This document shows positions 26,331-39,345 of a stretch of 64,000 nucleotides of DNA, piece by piece. The DNA lies in the NCBI RefSeq assembly GCF_030144855.1, contig NC_082718.1:106268001-106332000 (forward strand), read 5' to 3'. Position 1 is the stretch's first letter, and each line of letters starts with the position of its first letter. Both the position numbers and the translations under genes were made by a program. Source of the stretch: Hypanus sabinus. Lineage: Eukaryota. The notes under the pieces were generated by a model. It saw only the letters and a program-made list of their open reading frames with translations, did not search any database and had not been told where the DNA came from.

Positions 26331-27069
26331 CTGAAATTAAAAGATGTTTATTTATATTAAAATATAAAATATATTAACATTTATATTAAAATATACGCAA
26401 AATGCAATCCTGATAATACACGCGTGTACATATTGCTCAAAAAAGTCATTTCACTACCTCTAGGCACTTTCCAGCAAAATAATACTTGTAAAATCATTGA
26501 AGATAGCAGCTCCGTTATGATTCTTGGGCCCCATGGATTTTCTGTTGTCAGTGGGGATGAATTTGCAGCTTAGCACGTGTACTTTCCATCAGATTGCTCA
26601 TTGAGCAAGAGCTCTGGCTTCACTACATTAGTACAATCTGATGAAATAGACCATTACTGTAACTCACCCCAACTTTGGCAATTGTTAACTTTATATATTT
26701 ACAGAATCACCAGCAATTTGCTTCTAGCATTTGTATTTCCGGTAATATTAACTTCAAATAATTAACAATTATTTGAACAATTAACAACTTAGGTGTGGAT
26801 TTAATATTAACTGTTCATAGATTTTTGCAGATAAATATCTTACAAAAGGTGACAGATTCCCACCGTCAACTTGCATTAAAATTAGGATGTCAATGAAAAT
26901 AGAGTATACAGCACAAACAGGTCCTTTGTTCTGCCATGAATTGAATTGACTTTATTACGTATCCTTCAAATACATGAGTAAAAATCTCTACGTTACGTCT
27001 TCGTTCAAATGTCCAATTACAGTAATTTATATTATGTACAACAGAATAGTCAAAATTACATAGAACTAC

Positions 27070-27660
27070 AGTAGCAACAGCATGAATTAATCAGTCTGAT
27101 GGCTTGGTGGAAGAAGCTGTTCCAAAGCCTGTAGGTCCTGGCTTTGGTACCATGCTGTGATACTATTTCCCAGATGGTAGCAGCAGGAATAGTTTGTGGT
27201 TGGGTGACTCAGGTCCCCAATGATCCTTCAGGCCCTTTTTACACACCTGTCTTTGTAAATGTCCTCAATAGTGGGAAGTTCTCATCTCCGGATGTGCTGG
27301 GCTGTCCGCACCACTCTCTGCAGAGACCTGCGATTGAGGGAAGTACAGTTCCCGTCCCAGGTAGTGATGCAGCCAGTCAGGATGCTATCAATCATGCTCC
27401 TGTAGAAAGTTCTTAGAATTTGGGAGTTCTACAACTGTCTGAGAGAGGCACTGTTGTGCTTTTTTACACCACACAGCCAGTATGTACAGACCACGCGGGA
27501 TCCTCGGTGATGTTTATGCAGAGGGACTTTTAGCTATACACCCTCTCAACCCCAGATCCATTGATGTCTATTGGGGTTAGCCTGTCTCCGTTCCTCCTGT
27601 AGCCCACAACCACCTCCTTTGTCTTTGTGACGTTGAGGGAGAGGTTGCTTTCTTGACATT
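27070..27660 (-). mobile_element. L2/Rex-like LINE fragment
   Basis: Same family motifs on the minus strand (NV.KTKEVVV; ILTGCIT.W.G.C; LLPSG). Confidence 0.7.
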
Positions 27661-29344
27661 ATTCCAACCATCAGCACCTATATTTACTAGCAGCTCTTGG
27701 CCCGCTGCCTCCTATGCCTTGACAATTCAAGTGCTCAGAATTCTCAAAAGGTTGTATATCTGCATCAAGTTCACATCTAGTCTCTGTTCAAAAGGAAACG
27801 TTTAGCATATATTCTGTCTGAGGCAACGTCCTGGTGAATTTCCTCTGTACCCTCTCCAGCATAATCATATCCGTCCTGGGTGGAAGCATTTTATGTCCAT
27901 GTTAATCAATCCAAGCATCCTGCATGCTATTCACTACCTTATCTACTGTACTGGCACCTTAAAAGATTTTTGGACTTGTACTCCTACCCTCCTTTAATAA
28001 ACTCCCCTAAAATGCATCAGCTCACACTGATCAGAATTAGCATATTTTTAATATTGTTCTGTAGCTAAAGCTACGTTCATTATCCAGAACACCACTAATT
28101 TTCATGTAAACTGGAAAATTACTGATAATCATACTGTCGTCATTGATTAATAGGACTCTGAAAACACACCATTCTCAAATCTGAACAGAGAAATGCCCTT
28201 TTTATGCAGAATTGATTAGTTAGTTACAGATATCAACCAATAGATAACATTGTGTATGTTCAAATTCCTTATTTGCGAATTCAATCACCACTATACAGGT
28301 ATTAAAAGTCAATAGAAACTACAAGATAACAACTGATGATACTTTGTAATAATTGTCCCTCAGTTGAAGTGTGTGGCTTACATCCTTATCTTGTCTCTGA
28401 ATCCCAAATGGATGCAGGCTCCTGCTGTGCAGAGGGAAGATATGCTCTTCAAAGACCTTTCTTGTCTGGATTTTAACCCTTGCCATGCCAAAACTTCCAC
28501 AGTATCTTTACATTCAAATGTTAAGTTAATGTATATAACAAATAGCAAGGGTCGCAGCACCAATGCCTGTTTTGCACACTTAGCTACAGGTTTCCAGTGA
28601 CAAAAGCAATTGTCTGCTATCACCTCCTTTCTCCTAGTACCAAGGCAATTGTTTCTAATTTGCCAACTTCCTTGGATCCCATGGACTCTAATCTTTTATA
28701 GGAGATTTCCACGTAGGATCTTGTCAAAGGCCTTAATGACATCCATATAAACCACATGAACTGCACTGCCCTCGATGTATTTAGTCATTTGCTCAAAAAA
28801 AAATAAATTCAACAGAATTGCCTACCAAGCTGATCCAGGTTGACTCTTGATTGTTTAATTAAGTAAATCTGCCTAATGGTGTGACATTTTGAGGTTAACT
28901 TGTGGCCCAAAATACCTGAAACAATTTTACAGAATAAATTAACAAGTACATTCGGAGTGGCATTACTACAGCATGTTTAAATGATGTTTACAGCCTCTAG
29001 GAGAAGCAGAAGTTAGAACAAGAGATCTACAACTGGCTTATATGAAAGGGGGTAAAAAATCAGTCAGGGTCCTGCCCTTCATTAAGGCAGGTTCTGGTTT
29101 GACCAAAAAAATTAAGGTCAAGCAGTTTGCTTGTCACATTAAAGGTCTTCCAGCCAAAAAATGTCATATTCAAGATTTTCAAAATGAAAAAGTTTCTGCA
29201 GTCTATTGATGCCATGTATCTGGGCAAGTACATAATGATTTTGATTTTCTTTGATACACTACTTGGCTACATAAAGACATTTTATTTAAAAATAACATGT
29301 TAAAATTGCACTAGGTATACAAAAATCTTAGATTGTCAAGACTG

Positions 29345-30630
29345 ACAGACAGACACACACTTTATTGATCCCGAGGGAAATTGGGTTTCGTTAGTCGCAC
29401 CAACCAAGAATGGTGTAGAAATATAGCAATACAAAACCATAAATAAATAATAACAAGTAAATTATGCCTAGTGGAAATAAGTTCATGACCAGCCTATTGA
29501 CTCAGGGTGTCTGACACTCCAACGGAGGAGTTGTAAAGTTTGATGGCCACAGGCAGGAATGACTTCTTAAGATGCTCAGTGTTGCATCTCGGTGGAATGA
29601 GTCTCTGGCTGAATGTACTCCTGTGTCTAACCAGTACATTATGGAGTGGATGGGAGACATTCAACTTGGACAGCATCCTCTTTTCCGACACCACTGTCAG
29701 AGAGTCCAGTTCCACCCCCACAACATCACTGGCCTTACGAATGAGTTTGTTGATTCTGTTGGTGTCTGCTACCCTCAGCCTGCTGCCCCAGCACACAACA
29801 GCAAACATGATAGCACTGGCTACCACAGACTCGTAGAACATCAGCATCGTCCGACAGATGTTAAAGGACCTCAGTTTCCTCAGGATGTAGAGACGGCTCT
29901 GACCCTTCTTATAGACAGCCTCAGTGTTCTTTGACCAGTCCAGTTTATTGTCAATTCGTATCCCCAGGTATTTGTAATCCTCCACCGTGTCCACACTGAC
30001 CCCTTGGATGGAAACAGGGGTCACCAGTGCCTTAGCCCTCCTCAGGTCCACCACCAGCTCCTACGTCTTTTTCACATTAAGCTGCAGATGATTCTGCTCG
30101 CACAATGTGACAAAGTTTCCCACCGTAGCCCTGTACTCTGCCTCATCTCCCTTGGTGATGCATCCAACTATGAGAGTCATCAGAAAACTTCTGTAGATGG
30201 CAAGACTCTATGTTGTAGTTGAAGTCCGAGGTGTAGATGGTGAAGAGAAAGGGAGACAGGACAGTCCCCTGTGGAGCCCCAGTACTGATGACCACTCTGT
30301 CTGACACACAGTGTTGCAAGTGCACATACTGTAGTCTGCCAGTCAGGTAATCAATAATCCATGATACCAGGGAAGCATTCACCTGCATCACTGTCAGCTT
30401 CTCACCCAGCAGAGCAGGGCGGATGGTTTTGAACGCACTGGAGAAGTCAAAAAACATGACCCTCACAGTGCTCGCTTGCTTGTCCAGGTGGGCGTTGACA
30501 CAATTCAGCACGAAGGACGATGGCATCCTCAACTCCTTGTTGGGGCAGATAGGCGAACTGGAGGGGGTCTAAGTGTGGCCTAACCACAGGCCGGAGCTGC
30601 TCTAGAACAAGTCTCTCTAAGGTCTTCATG
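29345..30630 (-). mobile_element. Rex1/Babar-type LINE, 5'-truncated, relatively young
   Basis: RT motifs LDPLQFAY, VRVMFFDFSSAF, GAPQGTVLSPFLFTIYTSD, QKFSDD, YKYLG and KKGQSRLY; 3' AATAAA followed by a (TGTC)n tail. Confidence 0.9.
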
Positions 30631-31505
30631 ATATTCATTGATACCTATTACCCAAACATATCTGATATTCAAGTGCAGTCCAGTCCTGAAGAACTTGGAT
30701 TGGAGACCTGGTGTATTCGTATTACTAAAATTCACCATGAACAATGACAAATGAGGTATTGCAGAGCTCTTAATCTCTTTGAAGACTAAAAATAGAAACA
30801 GGATCACATTCAGAAAGGTCACATCTGCTGAAGATCATGTTTTGATTTCATTCTGAAGTAATCATGTGGGATATTTGAATAAACAGAAAAAATTGGGTCT
30901 CATTTCTATTTGTGCAGGGATTTAAAAAATACAAAAAAATCACTTGGAAATAACATAATGCAAGGTTAGCAACAAATTAATCTGGAGTATAGTTGGGGTA
31001 GTTCCTTTGTCAATCGTTTCGTGTCCATGCTTCTATTTATGAAAAACTATACTTAACAAAGACTGACAAATATCAAGTGTATAAAAGGGTACAGGATCAT
31101 ATAAACAATAAATTTTAAAAATAATATTGAGTTGTAGAGTTTTTGAAAAAGTGTCTATAGGGTGGAACATGCAACAAAATCAACAACGTTCACAATTCTG
31201 ACTTCTAGTTCAACTCATGAATAACAACTCCTAAGTGCCCATGTCTGAAGACTTGGTGAAATCAGAATCATGTTATGTCTGGTACCTGCTCCACAAAATC
31301 TTTTTGAGTCCCAGGTGGTAAATAGAAGCTCTTTGGTTAACGATGGCAACTGCAGATCTTGCATCGGGAAATATACAATGGGGATTATTTTCTATCAATG
31401 AAAATTTGGTAGCCAGTCCATTTCCATTTTACAACTAGGGAACATACCGAAAATCTGAACATTCATGAAGATTGATTGCAAAAATCATCAACTATGGCCA
31501 TTTAC

Positions 31506-31609
31506 CTGGAGGTGCCACGAAGTATTCCTCTACAACTTGACTTGCATTGCTCAAGACCGCCTCTGTACAGTAACCATCTGTGACCTCATCTGCACGCAGA
31601 TACAAAGGC
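31506..31609 (-). CDS. GATC: GATC coding exon 4
   Basis: [34 protein letters not shown]; 104 nt; canonical AG/GT; phase 2 to 1. Confidence 0.95.
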
Positions 31610-34573
31610 CTATGTAAGGGGAAATAAATAGATGTACTTATAATTGGTTATCTTTAGATAGCTTATATTTGGCTCAGTATCCATCTTAGAGTCAGAGCGA
31701 TAGAGCATGGATTTGGGTTGTTTGGCTGACCATAGTGCCCATCCAATTAGACCCAATCTAAGCCCATATTTCCCTAAACCCCACTCCGCTATGTATCTAT
31801 CCAAGTGCTTCTTAAATGATACTACTGTACCTGCCTCAACTAATTACTCTGGCAGCTCACTCCATATACTCACCATCCTCTGGGTGAAAAAGTTGCCCCT
31901 CAGTTCCCTTTTACCTAAACCTATGCCCCCTAGTTCTAAACTCCCTTACCCTAGGGAAAAGACTGCTACAATCCATCATGATCCTGTCATGATTTTAAAC
32001 ATTCCTATAAGGTCACTCCCATTCTCCTACATATCAAGGAATGAAAACCCAGTCTCGCCCACGGTGGATTAGGATCCAGATTGTTGTTTTTAATGTTTTC
32101 CTTGGAGTTTCAGCCTTTTCATTTGATTGCTTATATGTTTGTATAATCATGTTTTTCCTATAAACTTTTAGTAACTTGTAATCCATTTGATTCTAAACTT
32201 CTGTAGTCTCCTTGTCTGCAAAGCTGAAATGTGATTCAGACAGTACCTGCTAAACAGATTTTTCATCTAAACCATTCCAGAAGGTTTGCAGTATAAAAAA
32301 AGGCATATACTTAGCTTGCTGTTACTTACTTCTTACTTGCCTTCACCAGACCCTCTCTGACCTGTACTATGATGAACGTCTAATAAATGACTGCAACCGT
32401 AAGATGTGGGCCTCTGAAGAACTTTGTGGACAACATCATCTCCAGATCTAATATCCTCTAGTGTTGGCAACATCCATGCAAATCTTTTCTGCATTCTCCA
32501 TTTTAACCACATCTTTGCTATAACTGTGTGACCAAAACCATACACAGTGTCCCAATTTCCCTCGGGATCAATAAAGTATGTCTGTCTGTCTGGCCTTACC
32601 AATGACGTATATAATTGCAACTTAAAAGTCTCAACTTCTATACTCAGTGTCCTGACCAATGAAGACCAGTGTGCTAAACAACCTTTTCACCACTCTGTCT
32701 GTCAATGATACCACTTCCAAATAACCATGCACTTGTACTATTAGGTTTTTATGTTTCACTACACCACTTATACCTACCATTCATAGTACAACTCCTACTT
32801 TGGTTTGACTTTCCAAAATGCATCACCTCACTCTTATTTGTATTGAAATCCATTTAAAACTCCTCAGCCCATTTCCCGAATTGATCAACATCACCCTTGT
32901 AATCTATGGTAATGTCCTTCACCATCAGCAATAGAATCAGAATCAGTTTAATACTGCCAGCATATGTCGTGAATTGCCGAGTGTGTGCCTACAGGCTTTG
33001 ATACCTCCTTCCTGATGGTAACAATGAGAAGAGGGCAGGAACTGAGTGGTGGGGGTCCTTAATGATGGATGCCACCTTTTAAGGCCCCCCACCCCAAAAC
33101 CAGATAGTGATGCAGCCCAATATCATGACACCTGCAAATTTACTAATCAGTCCTGCGCATTCACATCTAAATTGTACATACAAATATCAAATAATAAGGG
33201 TCCTGGCAGCAATCCTGTGGCCCACCCCCTAGTCACCAGCCCCATTCCAAGAAACAATGTTCAATCATCTCTGAACCAATTGTGAATCTGCTTAACAAAT
33301 TCTCCATGGTTTCCATGGGACCTAATCTTCCAAATCAGCATACCATGTGGGACCTTGTCAAAGTCTGTGCTAAAGTCTATATGGACAACATCCACTACGC
33401 TAACCTCATTTACCTTTTTTGCCTACCTCTTCAAAGAACTTTAAAAGGTTAATCGAGCCAATTTTCCATGCATGAAGCCACGTTGACTCCACCTAATCTG
33501 ACTGTCTACCCAAATGCTAGTAGATCCTGTCCCTTAGAATACCTTCCTGAGAATAACTTCACCACTGACGTCAGGCTAACTGGCCTGTAGTTCCCCGAAA
33601 CTATGAGTAGTAAAGTCACTAATGAACATACGATGCTGTAGACCCTGTAAACTTTAGTATAGCTTTGGGAGGTGTTACTGCTAACATTAATATTCCTCAC
33701 ATTAGTCAGGAGAGTGTGCACCACACTGACAACCAGAAGAGGGGATGTTAAAGAGTAGACCATATGCAAAGAAGCTGCAAGACTTGATGATGTCAAGAGT
33801 AATTAAGCAGTGCTATTTGGTTTAATTTGCCCTCAGAGGTTCAGGAAAACAAGATCGAGATATTGTAGATATCAATAGTTAAAGTGCACAGGGGGCTACT
33901 GGTAAAACAAAGGAAATTCCGTGAATTACCTTCACAGATACGTAAGAGACAACCAAAGCACCATCTGCACAAACTGACTCTTTTCATACAGTTTATAATA
34001 TTGCAAAAGTTAGAATCATGGTGTCATAGAACACTTACTACAGCACAGAAACAGGCCCTTTGGCCCATCAAGTCCATGCTGAACTATTATTCTGCCTAGT
34101 CCCATCAACCTGCATGTGGGCCATAGCCCTCCATACCCTTCCCATCCATGTATTTATCCAAACTTCTCATGAATGCTGAAATCAAACTTTCATCCACCAC
34201 TTCCACCAGCAACTCATTTCACACTCTCATCTCCCTCTGAGTGAAGTTCCCCTTCATGTTCTCCTTAAACATTTCACCTTTCACCTGTTACGTCCGTAGA
34301 CCCCTCCATTGTGAGAATCGCAAGATCACCATTGGGTTGGGTCAAGAGGCCCAGGAAATGAGAGTGGGACGTGCAAAATGCCTCATTTCCCCGGCGATGT
34401 AAAGCTACGGGACATGGCCATTGTCTCCTAAGTGATCCAGTTACGGGAATTTGTAACAAAGTTGGGGTTCTCGTCTTGGGATTTGACACCAAATTAGGAG
34501 GCCAGTGAATCGGGATTGTAAGTCCAAAACTTGGATCTGGTTACACGGGTAGCCAGACGGGAAACCAGCAAAG

Positions 34574-35575
34574 ATGGACGTGGGTGAATTTATAGAAAAC
34601 CCGACTCTGGAGGCGCTGGAGGTGGCCTCCAAATCGGACTTGATAAAATTGGCGAAGGAGTTAAACCTCGCAGGGGTGAGGTTGTCAATGAAAAAGCGGG
34701 AGGTGCGAAGGGCAATAACTCAGTATTATTTTGGGAAGAATGTGTTTACAGATGAGGTATTGGAAAATATCCCTGAAGAGGCACCAGCTAGTGGGATGGC
34801 TCAGTTAGAGTTGGAGAAATTAAAGTTGGAACATGCAATTAAGTTAAAGCAGCTGGAGGCAGCCGAGAGAGAGCAAGAGAGGGAAAGGGCCGAGAGAGAG
34901 AGAGAGAGAGAGAGAGAGCATGAAATGAGGTTAAAACAGCTGGAAGCAGATGAAAAAGAGAAACAGAGGAAACATGACTTGGAGATGGAGAAGTTACGGC
35001 AGGAGCCACGAGTTCCGGGGTCAGACCGAGAGGAGCAGTTCAATGTTAGTCGAGAGTTGAGGCTAGTAGCTCCGTTCGAGGAGACGGATGTGGATAGTTA
35101 TTTCTTGCTTTTTGAAAAGGTGGCCGTGAATCAGAAGTGGCCCAGAGGTCAGTGGGTGGCATTGTTACAAAGTGTGTTAAAGGGGAAGGCACAGCGGGCA
35201 TATATGGCGTTGGCCGTGGAGGAGGAGAGTTCTGACAAAGTAAAGGCGGCCATTCTCCGGAGTTATGAGCTAGTACCTGAGGCCTATAGACAAAAGTTTA
35301 GAAATTTAAGGAAAGGGTGGAATCAGACGTATACCAAGTTTGCCTATGAGAAGGGTGTGCTCTTGGACCGGTGGTGCACCGCAGAGAGAGTGGGAGAGGA
35401 TTATGGGCATCTCAGGGAGTTAATTCTGATTGAGGAATTTAAAGGTTGTGTTTCGGAGGATATCCGGACGTATTTGAATGAGAAGCCGCTTAAGTCCATC
35501 TCGGAATTTGCTAGGTTCACAGATGAATACGCCCTAACCCACAAGACAAAGTTTTCCTCGAATAAAAGTTCCTAG
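34574..35575 (+). CDS. Gag (coiled coil plus capsid / SCAN-like domain) of the LTR element
   Basis: 333-aa ORF with PFEETDVDSYFLLFEKVA..W, YELVPEAYRQKFR and LILIEEFKGCV..IRTYL motifs typical of Gmr1-like Gag; ends at a TAG before the zinc knuckle. Confidence 0.85.
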   Translation: MDVGEFIENPTLEALEVASKSDLIKLAKELNLAGVRLSMKKREVRRAITQYYFGKNVFTDEVLENIPEEAPASGMAQLELEKLKLEHAIKLKQLEAAEREQERERAEREREREREHEMRLKQLEADEKEKQRKHDLEMEKLRQEPRVPGSDREEQFNVSRELRLVAPFEETDVDSYFLLFEKVAVNQKWPRGQWVALLQSVLKGKAQRAYMALAVEEESSDKVKAAILRSYELVPEAYRQKFRNLRKGWNQTYTKFAYEKGVLLDRWCTAERVGEDYGHLRELILIEEFKGCVSEDIRTYLNEKPLKSISEFARFTDEYALTHKTKFSSNKSS

Positions 35576-35636
35576 AGAGACCGGGGAAACGATCGAGAAA
35601 GTCTGCCGGCTGAGGCAGCGGTCCCGCCGGAAGCTA

Positions 35637-37247
35637 GTGGTAAGAGGGGGAACCTTAGAGGGGGAAAGGCCAGACGGCCAGAGATTTCCGGGCTTGACCT
35701 GTTTTAACTGTGGAAGGGGGGGGAATATTGCATCTTGGTGCTTTGCTCCGACGAAAGAGACAGAAAAAGGGACAGCAGCAGTCCCTATCAGATGTGCCGT
35801 GGTAATCCGTAAATCGACAAGAGAGCCTCGGGTAGACAGGGTACGAGAAGGGTCTGAGACTTGTCTGTCACACGGAACCGTGTCGGTGAAAGAGGGAGGC
35901 ACACCAGTTCCAGTACGGATCTGGAGAGACACGGGGGCTGAGCTGTCATTGATTAGCAGTAAGGTGCTATATTTTGGTCCTCAGACGGGAGAGGTAGCCC
36001 TGAGAGGCATAGGAAAATGGACCGAAGTGGTGCCCCTGCATAGGCTCATTCTGAATTGGGAGCTGGTGTCTGGACCAGTGGAATTGGGGGTACTGCCGGA
36101 GTTGCCGGGGGAAGGCGTGGACGTCCTTCTGGGTAACGACTTAGCAGGTGGAAAGGTGGGTGCAGCCGTGAAGCTGACAACCAAGCCTGTGAGGGTTGAG
36201 GCCCCGCCCCTAGATTCCAAGATCTATCCCGCATGCGCGGTCACTCGTAGCCTGCCGAGAGAGGCAGCTGAGAATGAGAGCAGTTTAAATCCGACCAGTT
36301 TTGATTTGGCCGAGACGTTTCTACCGACCCTGCACCATGAGGGTTTAGAGGGTGGTAAAACGAAGAGTAGTAAAGTGAAAGAGGGTAAAGGAGTGGAGAC
36401 AGATCTGCCCTTAGCGAGGAGAAAGGTCCTAGAGGCAGAAAATAAAGATGAGGAACTGATAGAGCGGTTAAGAGGTCCAGAGTTGGACAGGGATGATCTG
36501 TCTGGTTTGGCAGAACTGTTTGAAGAAATTGAAAATTCTAAAGGTGTTCCCGATAATGAAATGAGGGCAGCTCTAGATGAAAAGGGTGCTCTTGCCTTGA
36601 AGAAGTCTGCTGGGTTGGCAGATGAGGTTGTTTCAGCCCGCGGGGTTGAGTTTACTCTGGAAGGGAGTTGCCCAGAGAGTACCTGGGAGGATCGGGGAAA
36701 CGTAGAATTTGAAAAGGGTACGGGTATTGAAAGCCTGGAAGAGACCAATATCCCGTTTGAGTGTGTCCAAGATGGGGATGCACGTGGTACTGAACCTAGT
36801 AACGGAGCTCAGAAAAAGTCTGAGGTATTTGGCTCAGTGGAACGAGACAGCCGTCCTTGTGGGTCAGATAGACTTGGTTCAGTGAAGAAAGGGTTAACCT
36901 TGGTAATAATGGGAAGTGAGAGTTCCCAGGTGTGTGTGCTCGAAGGGGTGCTGAAAGTTAATGCGGAGTTCACAAATGGGGAGATAAATATTATCATTGA
37001 AGGAAACGGGAAATCTGTAGTTCCCAAATCGAATGAAGAAAGTTTAAACCCTGCCGATTGCTTACCGACTCAGCCGGCAGGTGACAGGGCCCCCCACGCT
37101 ATTGTTATTCCAGAATGTGGTATGAAGAGACAGAATTTGAAATGCTGCTTGAGCAAAGCGGTCGAACGAGAAACACATAGCCTGAAGGGTCCTGACGAGA
37201 GGGTTAGCCACCTGTGTAAAATTAAAGAATTGGGTGGAAATTCATAA
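35637..37247 (+). pseudogene. Frameshifted Gag end, aspartic protease and unassigned acidic tail
   Basis: Zinc knuckle CFNCGRGGNIASWC (His replaced by Asn); protease WRDTGAELSLI...DVLLGNDL; ACAVTRS linker; no integrase DDE or RT YxDD motif seen. Confidence 0.75.
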
Positions 37248-39149
37248 GATGGTCTAAGGTTGGGACACGGTGTTGTTAAAATAATTCCTATACCTCGCCA
37301 CATTACCCAAGCTCCCCACGTGGGAAGTACCCGGAAACGAGGCGAGGGTTGATGGGAACGCCCTTTTTAAATAGCAAAGCCGGTTGTATGGGATTTCGAC
37401 TCAGCCTGTGAATAATAAAGACAACCCCCTTGAAGTCTGCCTGTTCAGCTTGAAAACGACAGAAAGATTTGTAGTTCCATAAACTTTTGTAGATGCACGG
37501 AAGCTAAGATCACACCTCCTTACAGTTGTTGCTGAAGGAAAGAAATAAAAAAAAAGGTGGTTATTAAATTGGTCTGATGCTACTAGACTTTAGTACAGTA
37601 CACGATGTTAAGATATTGAAGAAAGTGACACTGTAATTGTTAACTGTTTAGATACTGAAGTGAATGTATCACTGTATTACTCTGTAGAAAAAAAACTTTG
37701 GTGTTGTGTTAGATTCTAACACCCTGTAAGACTCTGTATTCATTTTTTCCGATGGTAAAAAACACCCTGAAGAAAGGGGGTGTTACATCCGTAGCCCCCT
37801 CCTTTGTGAGAATCGCAAGATCACCGTTGGGTTGGGTCAAGGGACCCAGGAAATGAGAGTGGGATGTGCAAAATGCCTCGTTTCCCCGGCGATGAAAAGC
37901 TACGGGACATGGCCATTGTCTCCGGAAGACCAAGTTGTGTATTGAGTACTGTACTATTCATTGAAGCCCCTCAGGGGATAACCAGAGTGGGCTGGTTGAG
38001 GGATTGCATCATCCCAACTTGATTGACATCTGAGACCCCCTGAGGAAGTATAAAAGAGGGTCTGGGGAATAACCCCTTCAGACGTACCAGAAGAAACGTT
38101 AAGCGACCACGTAATAGCAGGAAGTCATCTGAAGGAAGCCACGTGCATTCAATTCCGTGGCTGGAATTGGTGGCTGGAACCACGGAAAACAGCTTTTAGC
38201 TAACAACGGGGAAGCCCGCTCCCCTGACTCAACGGATCGGCATCTTAAAAGACCTGGGGCAAGTTTAAACCGCATCACTTTAATGGGAGCTTAAAGTGAT
38301 GCTTTAAGCATCACATAAAGCATGAACGAACTGATAGTGACTGTTATCTTTCTATCGGACAATACATTAACCCCAGACAATGATAGAGCTATTTCTTATT
38401 GGTTATTATTATACCCGCGCTTAGATTTAGTATTGACGACATATATTATCTGTATGTTTGCATTAATCTTATTTTTGTGCCCTTTATCAATAAATACTTT
38501 TAAAAATAGTACCATCAGACTTCAACGGACCTCTCTATCTTTGCTGGTAAGTGATCCAGTTACGGGAATTCGTAACACACCCTTAACCCATGACCGGTAG
38601 TTGTGCACACCAAAACACACATCCCAATATATGTTAAAAACTGGACTTTTAAACTAAAATCATTCAAATGTTATGGCTATAACCAGACATTTCAGTAATA
38701 TTTGTTATATGGGTTATATATATGGCAATGGCTCTCAAGTTTGTTATTTTCTACTCGTTTCTTTGTTTTGTCATTGCAGGCTCATTTTTCCCTTTAGCCA
38801 TTTCCATTTGGTTACAGATTTTCGCTTTTACAATTTACATTCCCACCCCCCTCCCCAGTTCTTTCTGTACCTCTATCACATCTAAAACTGTTTTCAGTAT
38901 TGTTAAATGATCATTGACCTGAAGCACTAAATCTTGTTGTAAATACTGTCTGATCTGCCAAGCATTTGTAGCAACATCGGTTCCTCTCTACCCAAGGTTG
39001 GCAGATTCTCTGCAACGGCCTGTTGGATTAGAGACAATAAATTACATGAAATTTACCTGGATGCAATAGAGGAAGGCTTTAGGATTAACGAGTCATTGAA
39101 ATACTCCTTGTTTCTTTGCACCTCAATTAGATTTTTAGTGCAGTCAAAT

Positions 39150-39345
39150 ACACTACAGTCCTAGCAACCTGGGTTCAGCTCCCACTGTAGTCTGTAAGTT
39201 TGAAAGTTCTCCCTGTGACCACATGGGTTTCCTCCAGGTGCTCCAATTTCCTCAAAGACGTACGAGTTAGTAAGTTAATATGTAAATGGGCAGCGTGGGC
39301 TCATTGAGTCAGAAGGGCCTGTTACTGTGCTGTACCTCTAAAAGA
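39150..39345 (+). mobile_element. tRNA-derived SINE, same family as 18226
   Basis: GGGTTCAG.TCCC head; GGGTTTCCTCCAGGTGCTCC core; GAAGGGCCTGTTACTGTGCTGTA end. Confidence 0.72.

Larger units (their letters stand above)
34286..38577 (+). mobile_element. Non-autonomous Ty3/Gypsy (Gmr1-like) LTR retrotransposon in GATC intron 3
   Basis: TG...CA LTRs at 34286-34458 and 37781-38577; 4-bp TSD CACC on both sides; degenerate tRNA-Pro PBS (TGGGGtTCTCGTCtTGGGATTTGA near 34463); PPT GAAGAAAGGGGG before the 3' LTR. Confidence 0.93.

Noticed and set aside
34890-34918. (GA)n microsatellite
   Set aside because: Encodes the ERERE coiled-coil of Gag and is part of the LTR element, not an independent feature
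35570-35660. Programmed gag-pol read-through or frameshift
   Set aside because: The TAG and the frame change both fall before the zinc knuckle, no clear slippery heptamer is seen, and the knuckle His is also mutated; post-insertion decay is simpler
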